NCBI GenBank assembly: GCA_019058275.1 | Contig: JAHLVW010000045.1 | Location: 44,316-108,315, forward strand | Direction of reading: 5' to 3' | Length of the DNA: 64,000 bases | Origin: Candidatus Heimdallarchaeota archaeon | Lineage (GTDB): Archaea > Asgardarchaeota > Heimdallarchaeia > JABLTI01 | Part shown: piece after piece, positions 32,673 through 43,015 of the stretch | Layout of the letters: each line of letters opens with the position of its first letter | Position numbering within the stretch: the stretch's first letter is position 1 | The notes under the pieces: generated by a model | The model's input: only the letters and a program-made list of their open reading frames with translations | Told to the model about the DNA's origin: nothing | The model's database searches: none | Program-made: the position numbers and the translations under genes

Positions 32673-34299
32673 AAAGAAGAAACCTACAACTGAAGAGAAG
32701 AAGCTCATAAAAACAGATGCTAAGCCTAGTACAAAGGAAAAGAAAGCTAAGCCCAAACTTAAGAAACCAACAACAATCAAGAAAGAACCAACGAAAACAC
32801 CTGAGAAAGCTAGTGATAGAGAAAAAAAGAAGCGCCCACCAAGACCACCTCGTGCGAAAATGAATGAGCAACCACCAGAAATCAGGGTTAAGAATTTTGA
32901 GGAAGTTCCCTATGGTTTAACTCCTGAACAAGCAAAAATCGAAGCATCACGATGTATTCAATGTAAAAAACCAAAATGTGTAGAAGGTTGCCCTGTTGGT
33001 GTTAAAATCCCTGAATTTATAGCTTTAATCGCTGATGGTAAATTTGTTGAAGCTGCTTGTAAAATTAAAGAAACGAATGTTTTACCTGCGGTTTGTGGTC
33101 GGGTTTGCCCACAAGAGACTCAATGTGAGGAAACATGTGTCCTTGCAAGACGCAGTGAACCTGTTGCAATTGGTTGGTTAGAGAAATTCTGTGCTGATTT
33201 TGAAAGACTAGGTGGACACATTAAACTTCCAAAGAAACAGAAACCCAATAGAAAGAAAATTGCTATTATTGGATCTGGACCTGCTGGTTTGACTGTAGCA
33301 GGTGATCTTACACTACTCGGTTATTCAGTAACAATATTTGAAGCATTTCATAAGGGTGGAGGTGTCCTTGTATACGGCATTCCAGAATTTCGACTACCTA
33401 AGGAAATAGTCGAAAAAGAGATTCATTACTTAGAACGTCTTGGTGTTACTATTAAATACAATCATGTTATTGGTAGGTGTAAATCAATTGATGAGCTCTT
33501 TACAAGAGATGGTTTTGATACAGTATTTATTGGTGTTGGAGCAGGCTTACCAAGATTCATGAATATGCCTGGTGAAAATCTAACTGGTGTCTATTCTGCA
33601 AACGAATACCTTACAAGATCAAATCTTATGAAAGCATACCTCTTTCCGGATTATAATACACCAATTAGAAAAGGTCGAAGTGTTACAGTAGTTGGTGGGG
33701 GTAATGTTGCTATGGATTGTGCAAGAACAGCAATGAGATTAGGTTCATCAAAAGTCACATTAGTATATCGAAGAGCAAGAGAGCAAATGCCTGCTAGGTT
33801 AGAAGAAATTCACCACGCAGAAGAAGAAGGCATAATTTTAAGATTATTATCCAATCCAGTTGAAATCATTGGTGATGAAAAAGGTCGTGTGACAAAGATC
33901 AAGTGTCAAAGATATGAACTAGGAGAACCTGATGATTCAGGAAGAAGACGACCCGTTCCAATAGAAAATGATTATTTTGAGTATGATACTGATTTAGTTA
34001 TAATAGCTATTGGAAATAATTCAAATCCATTGATCGCTGCTACGACACCTGATATTAAAACAAACAAATGGGGAAATATTGTAGTTGATGACTTAGGAAG
34101 AACTAGCAAAAAGTACGTCTATGCTGCAGGAGACATAGTTACAGGTGCAGCAACTGTAATTTCAGCAATGGGTGGAGCACGACAAGCTGCAATAGGCATC
34201 CATTATGATTTGACAGGACATATAGATCCTGAAATACCAACTGCTTGTGAAATGCCTGATGAGTGGTTAGATGAAGAAGAAAAACCTAAAGCTAATTAG
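32653..34299 (+). CDS. Nfn large subunit (NfnL/NfnB, SudA/GltA-like) with a Lys-rich N-terminal extension
   Basis: EASRCIQC, CVEGCPV, CGRVCPQETQCE, GSGPAG, YGIPEFRLPK, GGGNVAMD and GDIVTGAATV motifs. Confidence 0.92.
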   Translation: MVRTLSEKKKPTTEEKKLIKTDAKPSTKEKKAKPKLKKPTTIKKEPTKTPEKASDREKKKRPPRPPRAKMNEQPPEIRVKNFEEVPYGLTPEQAKIEASRCIQCKKPKCVEGCPVGVKIPEFIALIADGKFVEAACKIKETNVLPAVCGRVCPQETQCEETCVLARRSEPVAIGWLEKFCADFERLGGHIKLPKKQKPNRKKIAIIGSGPAGLTVAGDLTLLGYSVTIFEAFHKGGGVLVYGIPEFRLPKEIVEKEIHYLERLGVTIKYNHVIGRCKSIDELFTRDGFDTVFIGVGAGLPRFMNMPGENLTGVYSANEYLTRSNLMKAYLFPDYNTPIRKGRSVTVVGGGNVAMDCARTAMRLGSSKVTLVYRRAREQMPARLEEIHHAEEEGIILRLLSNPVEIIGDEKGRVTKIKCQRYELGEPDDSGRRRPVPIENDYFEYDTDLVIIAIGNNSNPLIAATTPDIKTNKWGNIVVDDLGRTSKKYVYAAGDIVTGAATVISAMGGARQAAIGIHYDLTGHIDPEIPTACEMPDEWLDEEEKPKAN

Positions 34300-34529
34300 T
34301 AAGTCATAAGAGATATTCTTATGTCATTACCAACTTTTTTATTTTTAATGAGGGTTTAAAGTGCTAGGTTCAGCTACTCTTGATGCAAAGTTTTGGTTTT
34401 ATTTTTTCAATGCAATTCTCTTAATTATTCATGAGATTGATTCGGGATGTTGGAAGGAATAGGAAATATTCAATATTCATGAGGGAATTATTGGATTTTT
34501 ATTACTACACATTCCAATCCAGTCTGTTA

Positions 34530-34663
34530 TTTTGTCCTCACTGTAACAAAAGCAATACAAAAGGGAATGTTGTCAAATTCATTGTCACAAACCAAAAAGG
34601 GGAAACTGGTAATTTAATGCTAAGTCCTTATTTGAATCTGTTTACAAACAAGTCAACTATTGA
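34530..34663 (+). pseudogene. 134-bp remnant copy of the multi-CxxC gene (matches 27394-27527)
   Basis: Ungapped, diverged copy from ttttgtcc to gtcaactattga. It encodes FCPHCNKSNTKGNVVKF...SPYLNLFTNKSTI, and its flanks are unrelated to the parent gene. Confidence 0.8.
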
Positions 34664-34687
34664 GTTTAATGGTTTTAATTTAAATAA

Positions 34688-35461
34688 CTAGAAAGGATAA
34701 ATAGCATTTTTTTCTAGAAAATTTATTGATTCTTCAATTTTTTTTAGATCAGAGACTTCCAATACAACAACAGGATTTTGACAATAATCTTGAACTAATG
34801 CATTAAAGAGTTTCCAATCAACGTTACCTTGACCCGGAGAATTTTCTTCATCTTTTTCTCCATCATTATCGTTTATATGTATGTAAACAATGTTATCGTT
34901 TAGAACTTCAAACCATTTTTTCATAGGCACTCTAGAGAATACATTACAATGTCCAGTATCAAAACAAACTTTCAATTTTGAAGAATTAACACCAAAAATT
35001 ACTTCAGCTAACCATTTTGGTGTATAATCCCACATATTCTCAAGTAAAATTGTGAAATTATAATTATCAACTATACTTGACCAAAACTCAATGTGATTCT
35101 TGACCCAATTTTTATAATAACTTTCACTTCCCATCATTGGATAATAGTTTGTATGAAAAACAATGAATTTTGTTTCCAATTTTTGAGCAATTTCTAGACA
35201 TTGTTGAATTCTTTCAATTGAAACTTGTTTTATCTTACTATCAGGACTGTTTATGTATAAATCAAAAACTGCTCCATGCATCGAATAATACAAATTTTTA
35301 TCAACTTCATTTGTTAGATATTCTCTAAGAATATTTTGATAATTAGTATCAAGTATTTTTGGGAACGCAAAATCAATAATCTCAAAAGCAAAGTTTCTTT
35401 CATTTATGAGATTATAGTATTTTGCCAATGAATTATAAGGTTGTATAAGAATTTTTGACAT
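34688..35461 (-). CDS. Sugar phosphate isomerase/epimerase (AP endonuclease 2-type TIM barrel)
   Basis: SMHG, VFH, LLEN, CFDTGH, IHINDNDG and VLEV motifs. Confidence 0.88.
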   Translation of the reverse strand: MSKILIQPYNSLAKYYNLINERNFAFEIIDFAFPKILDTNYQNILREYLTNEVDKNLYYSMHGAVFDLYINSPDSKIKQVSIERIQQCLEIAQKLETKFIVFHTNYYPMMGSESYYKNWVKNHIEFWSSIVDNYNFTILLENMWDYTPKWLAEVIFGVNSSKLKVCFDTGHCNVFSRVPMKKWFEVLNDNIVYIHINDNDGEKDEENSPGQGNVDWKLFNALVQDYCQNPVVVLEVSDLKKIEESINFLEKNAIYPF

Positions 35462-35729
35462 ATATAGAATAACTCATTTGAGTTAAAAAATAATTAGATT
35501 ATTGATGATTTATAGATTACACGAGTAACCAACAAAACCAACTAATTTAATTAAATGTCTGATTAAAAGTTAAATAGTTTTTTAGCATTTCTCGAGATAA
35601 TTTTAGCAAATTCATTTAAACTTATACTTTTGAAAGAAGCTAAGTTCATAGCAATTTTCTCCAATTCATAAATAAAGAGTAAAGCAAACTTACATTTTTG
35701 ATCATCTTGAATAGCTTTGATCAATAATA

Positions 35730-36406
35730 CTATTCATAACCGTAATCAATCCAAGCTTTTTTCATATCAGGATTTTTATCGAGGTATGAATCAACAAGCT
35801 CTTTTGGCACTCTATTAAATGGACAAGAGAAATTAACACATTTAGTACATATTCGTGTAAATAGGAAAGTAAAACCAAAAATCAAACCAATTACAGAAGC
35901 TCCAATCAAGGTTATTAGTGTAATGAAAATGGATTTATCAAATGGTGTAGTAGTTGCTACAATAACAATACTTGGGACCTGTGCAAGAAGCAGTAAGGTT
36001 ACGAATAATATGAATCCAATAGTTAATAGCACTCTTTCAAAAGTGTTCATTGGTTCGGGGTGATATTTGAAGAATTTTATGAAACCATGGTTAGCCAAAC
36101 AGTGAAGCATAAGACCATCTCGAGAGTAGTAGGGACAATGACTGCAAAGAATTCTAGTCTCAACAATAAAGAAAACTGCAAAATAACCAATTAAAACTCC
36201 AAGTCTCCACCAACCTCCAGTGAAAACAGAACCAACGATAACTCCTCCAAAAATTATGAGTAATGCAGGACTCATAATATATAAGAAACGGAGAACATGC
36301 TGTCGTTTCCATCGGCAATCCAATTTGATGTTATTAGCACATCCTTCACAAAGGGATTCATCTTGCCATGTGCAACAAACTTGATAGGTTTTCTCTGAGG
36401 AACCAT
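35730..36406 (-). CDS. Cys-rich membrane protein (CSHCPYY family); 5' end apparently frameshifted
   Basis: ILCSHCPYY...C, four TM helices and CTKCVNFSCPFN. The in-frame Cys-rich N-terminus (CCTWQDESLCEGC) has no start codon, and the ATG at 36406 is one base out of frame across an A4 run. Confidence 0.7.
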
Positions 36407-36531
36407 TACTAATCTTTCTGAACTCTCCAAAAATAAATTAATAAAACAATATGGTATACAGATATTAACTTTTTTCAAACTAGTTTGTAAGTGGTATTAA
36501 TGACTGAAACATGTAAACTTATTATTGTGTA

Positions 36532-36747
36532 TCATACTCTCGCATAACTAATCCAAACAAGACCCATTAAAGCTAAGAATGGAGCCATGAGTATAAAACC
36601 TATTAGACTAACTAACGATATGCCATAAGATAGTCCCACAGCAACAAGAATGAAGCCTATAAAAGCGAAAAATCCTAAGATAATTGCTATAATAATGAAA
36701 ATCTTGCGTGTTTTTTCCATTTGATTAAATTTTTCTATTAAATTCAT
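36532..36747 (-). CDS. Small two-TM membrane protein
   Basis: 71-aa hydrophobic ORF preceded by a purine-rich leader. Confidence 0.55.
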   Translation of the reverse strand: MNLIEKFNQMEKTRKIFIIIAIILGFFAFIGFILVAVGLSYGISLVSLIGFILMAPFLALMGLVWISYARV

Positions 36748-36921
36748 ATCTATCCCTTTCCATATGGAAAACTCAATTTAAGTACAAATAAACCTATTTA
36801 GTATTTAGAGTTTGGGGAATTAAAAAATGGATAAGTGTATTCATTAGATGATAATTGAGAAGGCAAATTAATAAAATAGTTAGAGTATTCAAAAAGTAAA
36901 TTCATTGAAATTTGGATACAA

Positions 36922-37633
36922 GTGGTTCTAATGACAAAAACTAGCAAATCAGTAATAGCTTATCACAAAAATTGTATAGCAACAGAAGATTCCGAATGCC
37001 AAGATTGTGATTTAGATGGATTGTTAATATGTAGATTTGATAAGCAGTTTGCTAGAAAATTCATGTTAGGAAATACGCTCTATAGATTATTAGCAATAGC
37101 TATATTCGTTCTTTCATGTTTGTTGATCGGTCATTGGTGGATGCTACCAACATATGTTGGAATACTAATACTTACTTTTTTTGTTATTGAACCTCGATTA
37201 TTCTGTAGTCATTGTCCATACTATGAATTAGAAGGAAAATATCTGAAATGTTGGGCTCTAAGAGGAATGCCAAAAATTTGGAAATATAGACCTGAACCAA
37301 TAAGCAAATGGGAGAAATACTTGATGCTTGTATTTGGGACATATATCGATCTATTCCCATTTGTAGGACTAATATGGGGTATTGTCGAATTTGCACGTAA
37401 TGCTGTAGAAACACTTAACTTAGGAATTGGAATAAGTGTTGTAGGTGGGTTATTCATTATTGTGGCTATAATTTTCGCTCAAGTATTACTAGGAATGAAC
37501 TGCAAACTTTTCATGTGGAATGAACGAAGTGACACCTGAAATAGCAGCTAAATTTCTAGAAAAAAATCCAAAAATAAAGGAAGCATGGGAAAAAGCAGGT
37601 TGGAAACCACCAATTAATAATGAAGAAAGCTAG
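36922..37633 (+). pseudogene. Paralogue of the CSHCPYY membrane protein, frameshifted near 37505
   Basis: LFCSHCPYY motif; the homologous C-terminus ANFSCGMNEV...NPKIKEAW continues in the +1 frame to TAG at 37633. Confidence 0.75.
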
Positions 37634-37697
37634 TAAATTCTTGATTCATTAATAAGATTTAAAAAAAGGTAAAGACAGCAATTGAAATACAAAAAAT

Positions 37698-37774
37698 GCC
37701 ACTGTGGCTCAGCCTGGTAGAGCGACAGACTTGTAATCTGTTGGTCAGGGGTTCAAATCCCCTCAGTGGCTCCA
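37698..37774 (+). tRNA. tRNA-Thr(TGT), CCA encoded
   Basis: GCCACTG/CAGTGGC acceptor stem, ACAGA-CTTGTAA-TCTGT anticodon arm, AGGGG-TTCAAAT-CCCCT T-arm and a TCCA end. Confidence 0.97.
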
Positions 37775-37935
37775 TTCAGTTTTTGTAACATCTTATAGAG
37801 TGTCATAATAAATAAGACCTATATTAATTCTTTTTATTGAGAAAAAATCAAATCATTTGTAGACTTATTTTGGTAATATAATCAAACAAGCATTTAGATA
37901 GATATTTTCAATGATAACAAGGAAGATGATTAAGA

Positions 37936-38874
37936 ATGAAAAAGATAGGTCTTGGGAAAAGCTCTCTAAAAGTATCACGAATAGGTTTGGGTACACTTGC
38001 ATTTGGACATAAAACTAAAGGTATTCAAAATAAAGAGGAAATCTATGATTGTCTAAATTATGCATTTGATAATGGTATTAATCTGATTGATACTGCTGAA
38101 GAATATTCTGGAGGATTAACAGAGAAGTATATTGGTGAAGTTGTTAAAGATCGAGGAGATAGAGAAGATTTAGTAATAGTTACTAAAGTTTCCCCTATAC
38201 ACTTAAGTTATAAAAATGTTATAAAAGCAGCCAATAAAAGTTTAGAACGGTTACAAACTGAATACATTGATTTATTCTTAGTTCATTGGCCATGGCCTTA
38301 TAGCCCAATTTCTGAAACAATGAAAGCTATGGATCAGCTTTTAGCAGAGGAAAAAATCAGATATGTTGGGGTTTCTAATTTTCGAAATGTTCTACTTCAA
38401 GAAGCAATTGATAATTTACAGAATGGTGAGATAATAGTTAATGAATTAGAATACAATCTTATTAATCGTATCATTGAGAAAGAAATGCTTCCATATCTGA
38501 GAAAACAAGAAATTCCAGTGTTTGCTTATAGTCCATTGTTGAGTGGATTTCTTACTGCTAATTATGATGAGAATAGTATTTTTCCAGAAAATGATTTTAG
38601 AAATTATGATCCACTTTTTAGAAATAAAGAGAATTTCAGTAAATCTAAGGAGTTATTTGAATTGATGAGAGCAATTGCTGAAAAGCATGATGTTAGTCCA
38701 GCTGAAGTGACTATAAATTGGTTATTAAAAGATAATGATATAATCCCAATTCCTGGAGCAAAAAAGAAAAATCATATTGAAAGCAACATCCATGCTACAA
38801 AATGGGAATTAACTAAAAGGGAATTAGATAAATTAACAAAAATAACTGATGATATTGATTTAAATTGGTTTTAA
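37936..38874 (+). CDS. Aldo/keto reductase
   Basis: IGLGT, IDTAEEY, TK, SLERLQTEYIDL..VHWP, GVSNF, YSPL and PIPG motifs. Confidence 0.95.
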   Translation: MKKIGLGKSSLKVSRIGLGTLAFGHKTKGIQNKEEIYDCLNYAFDNGINLIDTAEEYSGGLTEKYIGEVVKDRGDREDLVIVTKVSPIHLSYKNVIKAANKSLERLQTEYIDLFLVHWPWPYSPISETMKAMDQLLAEEKIRYVGVSNFRNVLLQEAIDNLQNGEIIVNELEYNLINRIIEKEMLPYLRKQEIPVFAYSPLLSGFLTANYDENSIFPENDFRNYDPLFRNKENFSKSKELFELMRAIAEKHDVSPAEVTINWLLKDNDIIPIPGAKKKNHIESNIHATKWELTKRELDKLTKITDDIDLNWF

Positions 38875-38909
38875 ATCTTATAAATTAAAAAAAGAATAGA
38901 ATTGAGATA

Positions 38910-39310
38910 CTATTCAAGATTTTTATTTTCCTCGAAATTTATTATTTGTTTTTTATTAGGGAACATTAAATTATGCGTTCGATTATCAGATGAAAATACA
39001 CTTGTCATTAATTGAATTGTATAGGGTTTATCTTTGCTGTTCTCTGAATCCTTAATTTTACTTACTAAGTTATTTGGTATTACTTTTTTGAAATTATCAA
39101 ATTGAGATAAATAGCTAATGATATTGTATGCTGAGACATAATTAACATGACCTGCATGCATTTCAATTGGTGAAAAAATCATTCCCCCCCTTAAGTAAGC
39201 TTAAAGATATGAATTTTTCAAAGCCAATTACCTCATTATTAATTACATATGAAGTAATTGGCTCTGCAATTAATACATAAAATGGTATATTAAAATCATT
39301 CCCTTTCATA
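38910..39310 (-). pseudogene. Hypothetical gene fragment, probably split at a G7 tract (39184-39190)
   Basis: The upstream frame MKGNDFNIPF...LLKGG joins ORF 38910..39182 only by a frameshift at the poly-G tract. Confidence 0.35.
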
Positions 39311-39365
39311 GAATTCTATTTATTAATTCTCTTCAATAATTTTCTTCTAAATAGTTGATGAAGTC

Positions 39366-39385
39366 CAAATCCCCTCAGTGGCTCC
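39366..39385 (+). repeat. att-like copy of the tRNA-Thr 3' end
   Basis: 20/20 identity to 37754-37773. Confidence 0.85.
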
Positions 39386-39509
39386 GGTTTATCTGATTGA
39401 CTTTATGAATATATGATATAGTTTTATATATTCTCAAAACTAGAAAGCTTAAAATAATTTCTTAGCTTAATTATAATTAACTACATTATTTAGTTAAGGG
39501 AATAGAAAA

Positions 39510-40683
39510 TTGTTTATCATGAAAAAAAGTACAAAATCAATTATATTAGTTTTCATTTTTATTAGTCTACCATTTCTAACTATTTACTTTACTGGAATCG
39601 AATTAACATTTTCCTATTATAATGATACTAATAGTTCATATGTAGTTAATGGTATAGATCCCGCTAATTACCCTCAAGATATTTATGTAGCTTCTAATTT
39701 TGCTTTTATTGCATATGGCTATAAAGGCCTTCAAATATATGATATTACAGCACCAGAAAAGAGAATATTAATTGGCAACTTTTCTGACGGTGGATGGGCT
39801 ACTCATGTTTGGATTAAGGATAATTATGCTTTTGTTGCAGATCGAGATGATGGATTAGAGATTCTTGATATTACAAACAAATCTAACATTCTAAAAATTG
39901 GTTGCTACGATAATTCATTTATTAATAAATTTATTTCAGATTTTTACTACCATGATGATAAGGTTTTTCTTGTTGACTATCAAAATGGACTCCAGATAAT
40001 AAATGTTTCAAATCCTGCTTTACCAGTAAAAATCAGTGAATTATATGTTAGTTCATATTCATATAGAGTATTCATTCATAATGACTATGCAGTTATCTCT
40101 TGTCTTTCAGATGGTTTATGTATAATTAATATATCCAATCCTTTTTCTACCAATAACAATTAGTCAGTACTATAAAAATGGTAAAATATTCTCAGTAAGT
40201 GTTACTAATAATTATGCATTTGCTGTAAATTACAATGTTGAGTTAGAAATTCTTGATATAGGTAATATTACTCAACCAGAATTACTTACTACTTTTCCAA
40301 TAGATGGTAGTCCAACAGGAATTTTACTTATTAATAATACAGCATTCTGTTCAACTGCAATTGCAGGTTTACAGATATTCAGTATAAATAATCCATTATC
40401 TCCTCAAGGTTTGAGTCAAATAGCTGAAAATCCTGAATCAATTGTTGTAAAGAAAAATTACCTATATGTTATACCATCTTATGGTGTTACCATAGGGGAT
40501 TTTAAGTTTAGAATTTATGATATAACTAATATTGAAAATCCCGAAGAGATTATTTGGGAAGGGTTTAACAATAATCCTATAATATGGATTACTTTTGGTG
40601 TAATTAGTAGTTTATTATTAGTGGCTTTTGTGTTTATCATTGTAAATATAATAATAGAAAAGAAGAATAGAAGGAAACATTGA
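39510..40683 (+). pseudogene. LVIVD-repeat membrane-anchored protein, frameshifted at the T5 run near 40142-40146
   Basis: LVIVD repeats (YAFVADRDDGLEILDI). Removing one T gives an open frame through ORF 40411..40683 to the C-terminal TM helix. Confidence 0.8.
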
Positions 40684-41356
40684 ATTCCTTCTTTTTCTTA
40701 AATCAAAGAACTATTAGCTGAAAAATGTATGAAATTGGGAACCAATCATATCGTCGCATTTCAAATCCAGAATGTCCCTCTTTAGCACATATAGCCTCAT
40801 ATGCATCTTCACAAACATCATCTAACCAAGATAGAACTCCATAACCATTTTCAAGATATGTAAAGAATAAGTGAAACATTCCATGTACACCATCCTTATA
40901 ATACCAATGCAAATCAACACCAAATTTCCCTTCAGCTTCGACAAAAGATTCTGGGTAGAAACCCCATAATTGTAAGTGATTATTATGTTCATTTTTGTAT
41001 TCAAAATATATACCTAAGTTCCAAGAATAGCATGGTAACGCCCAGAAAAAGACATAAGTATTATCATTATCAGCATCCTTACAAATTCTTATTGTCCAAT
41101 CATGACATTCTGACCAATCTATAATATTTATCCATTCATCAAACCAATACGAATAATATGAATTGCCAACTAAAAAGAAATAAGAATAATTATCAAATTA
41201 TAACAAAATGAAAAACAAAAAGTGATATTGCATTTAGCAACAATCACCTTTGTTACATATATCTGGATTTTAATCCTTACTAATCTATAGTCAATCTTAT
41301 GCTAAATTTCCTTCAATTTTCTAAAGGCTTTCATTTTGCTACTTCAATTGCTGGTT

Positions 41357-42781
41357 CTAAGTACTTGTATGTATCTGTAGAGGCTTTTGTTCAGTGTCTT
41401 CAATTAAGATTTCAAAAGCTTCTTCTTCTTCTGTGTCTTTTTTATCCTTTATTCCATTAGCTTTTGCCATCACTTTTTGAATTACTGAATCTAATTGTCG
41501 AAGTGGTGTGAATAAGTAGATCAATCCAAAGACTACTGCAGTTAAAATTCCAGATGCTATTAGTACAGCATTTATTCCTACAAATTCAGCAATAACTCCT
41601 GAGAGGAATTGTCCTAGTGGTCTCATTGCTGGGGAAATAGCCATTATTGTTGCAATAACTCGTCCAAGTTTTTCTTTTGGTACTAGTACTTGTATACTTG
41701 TTATGAAACTTACATCTATGATTGCGAATGGTAATGCATATAGGAATAGCACAGCTCCAATTGTCCAGAATCTTCCATTGAAATTCGATGGGATGAATGT
41801 GAGAGCTATTTGACAGAAAACTTGGAATGTGAGACTAAATAATAAGAATATAATGGGTTTATTAGATCCCTTTATTAGGGACATTATGAGTCCTCCAACT
41901 ACAATAGCTGCTTGAAGCATGCTTACAACTATTGCATAACTAACTTCTGTTCCACCATGAATTTTGTTTACGAATAAAGGTAGTAACCCCAGTAATGGTG
42001 ACATGAGGAAATTAATTGCCATTGCTCCAAAAAGAAGCGCTAACATTCCCTTTGTACCTTTGAGTGCATTGTATCCTTCCATAAATTGGGCTACGAATGA
42101 TTGTTGAACTTCTTCTGTTACTTGTTTTACAACCGAAGGTATTGTAATTATTAGCAATGGAATTAATGCTATAACGAAGGTAATAACATCTGCCCATAAT
42201 ATCATACCAATGTTTATGCCAGGAATTGCTAGTAAAGAAGCTCCGATAATTGGACCAATAATGTAAATCAATCCACCAAATAAATAACTAAGACCATTAA
42301 TTCTGCTAAGATGTTTTTGAGGAACCATAGTGGGTGCTATGGACATTGAAATGGGTGCATGAAATGCTTGTGCTGTCCCTCTTATTCCTAGTATAACTAA
42401 AACTGCAGCAATTGAATTGTGGTTAGTTAAGAAGAGAATGGAGAGAGTTACAGTAACTACTGCTTGGAATGCATCAGTAATAATCAATAGTTTTTTCCTA
42501 CTGAAACGATCAGCAAGAACCCCACTAATAGGTGCCACTAAAACATAAGGTCCTAAACTAACCAACGATGCAATCCCTAACATTAATTCACTTTGAGTTG
42601 TAATTGTGAGCCACCAAATTATCGCAAATGATACTATTGAAGAACCAAGCAACGATGCTTGTTGTCCAGAGAAGAAGTATAAGAAGTGTCTAAATCTTCT
42701 TTTTGAATCATCTATTATCTCTGAAACTTCTTTGCTCACATTTTCAGTTCCAGATAATTGTATATTTGATTCCGCCATCAA
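41357..42781 (-). CDS. MFS efflux transporter (MefA/DHA3-like)
   Basis: GQQASLLGS, GVLADRFSRKK and VPQKHLSRING motifs; about 12 TM helices. Confidence 0.9.
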   Translation of the reverse strand: MMAESNIQLSGTENVSKEVSEIIDDSKRRFRHFLYFFSGQQASLLGSSIVSFAIIWWLTITTQSELMLGIASLVSLGPYVLVAPISGVLADRFSRKKLLIITDAFQAVVTVTLSILFLTNHNSIAAVLVILGIRGTAQAFHAPISMSIAPTMVPQKHLSRINGLSYLFGGLIYIIGPIIGASLLAIPGINIGMILWADVITFVIALIPLLIITIPSVVKQVTEEVQQSFVAQFMEGYNALKGTKGMLALLFGAMAINFLMSPLLGLLPLFVNKIHGGTEVSYAIVVSMLQAAIVVGGLIMSLIKGSNKPIIFLLFSLTFQVFCQIALTFIPSNFNGRFWTIGAVLFLYALPFAIIDVSFITSIQVLVPKEKLGRVIATIMAISPAMRPLGQFLSGVIAEFVGINAVLIASGILTAVVFGLIYLFTPLRQLDSVIQKVMAKANGIKDKKDTEEEEAFEILIEDTEQKPLQIHTST

Positions 42782-43015
42782 TCATCACATCCTTTCTAAT
42801 TTCCTCTGGAGTTCTGTTCTTCCAGATTTTTTCCAACATTTTTCTTCTGTTCATCTTTGTTTTTCCTCCAAATTTGAAATTATTCCAATATGGAATTATT
42901 TCCTATATGAAATTATATACAAAGTGCTATATAAAGTTTTTCCAAAATGAAATTAATTCTATAATAGAAGAATTTTTAAACATAGATTGATATAAATTAA
43001 TACGAGGAGCCCAAA

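Larger units (their letters stand above)
37754..39385. mobile_element. 1.6 kb islet between the tRNA-Thr 3' end and its direct-repeat copy
   Basis: CAAATCCCCTCAGTGGCTCC occurs at both 37754-37773 and 39366-39385; there is no integrase between them. Confidence 0.7.

Noticed and set aside
34431-34691. 86-aa ORF as a functional gene
   Set aside because: Only 34530-34663 is homologous to the CxxC gene; the rest looks like non-coding sequence.
40703-41244. Fragmented minus-strand ORFs, possibly a decayed secreted protein
   Set aside because: They are too broken to assign boundaries or a family with confidence.
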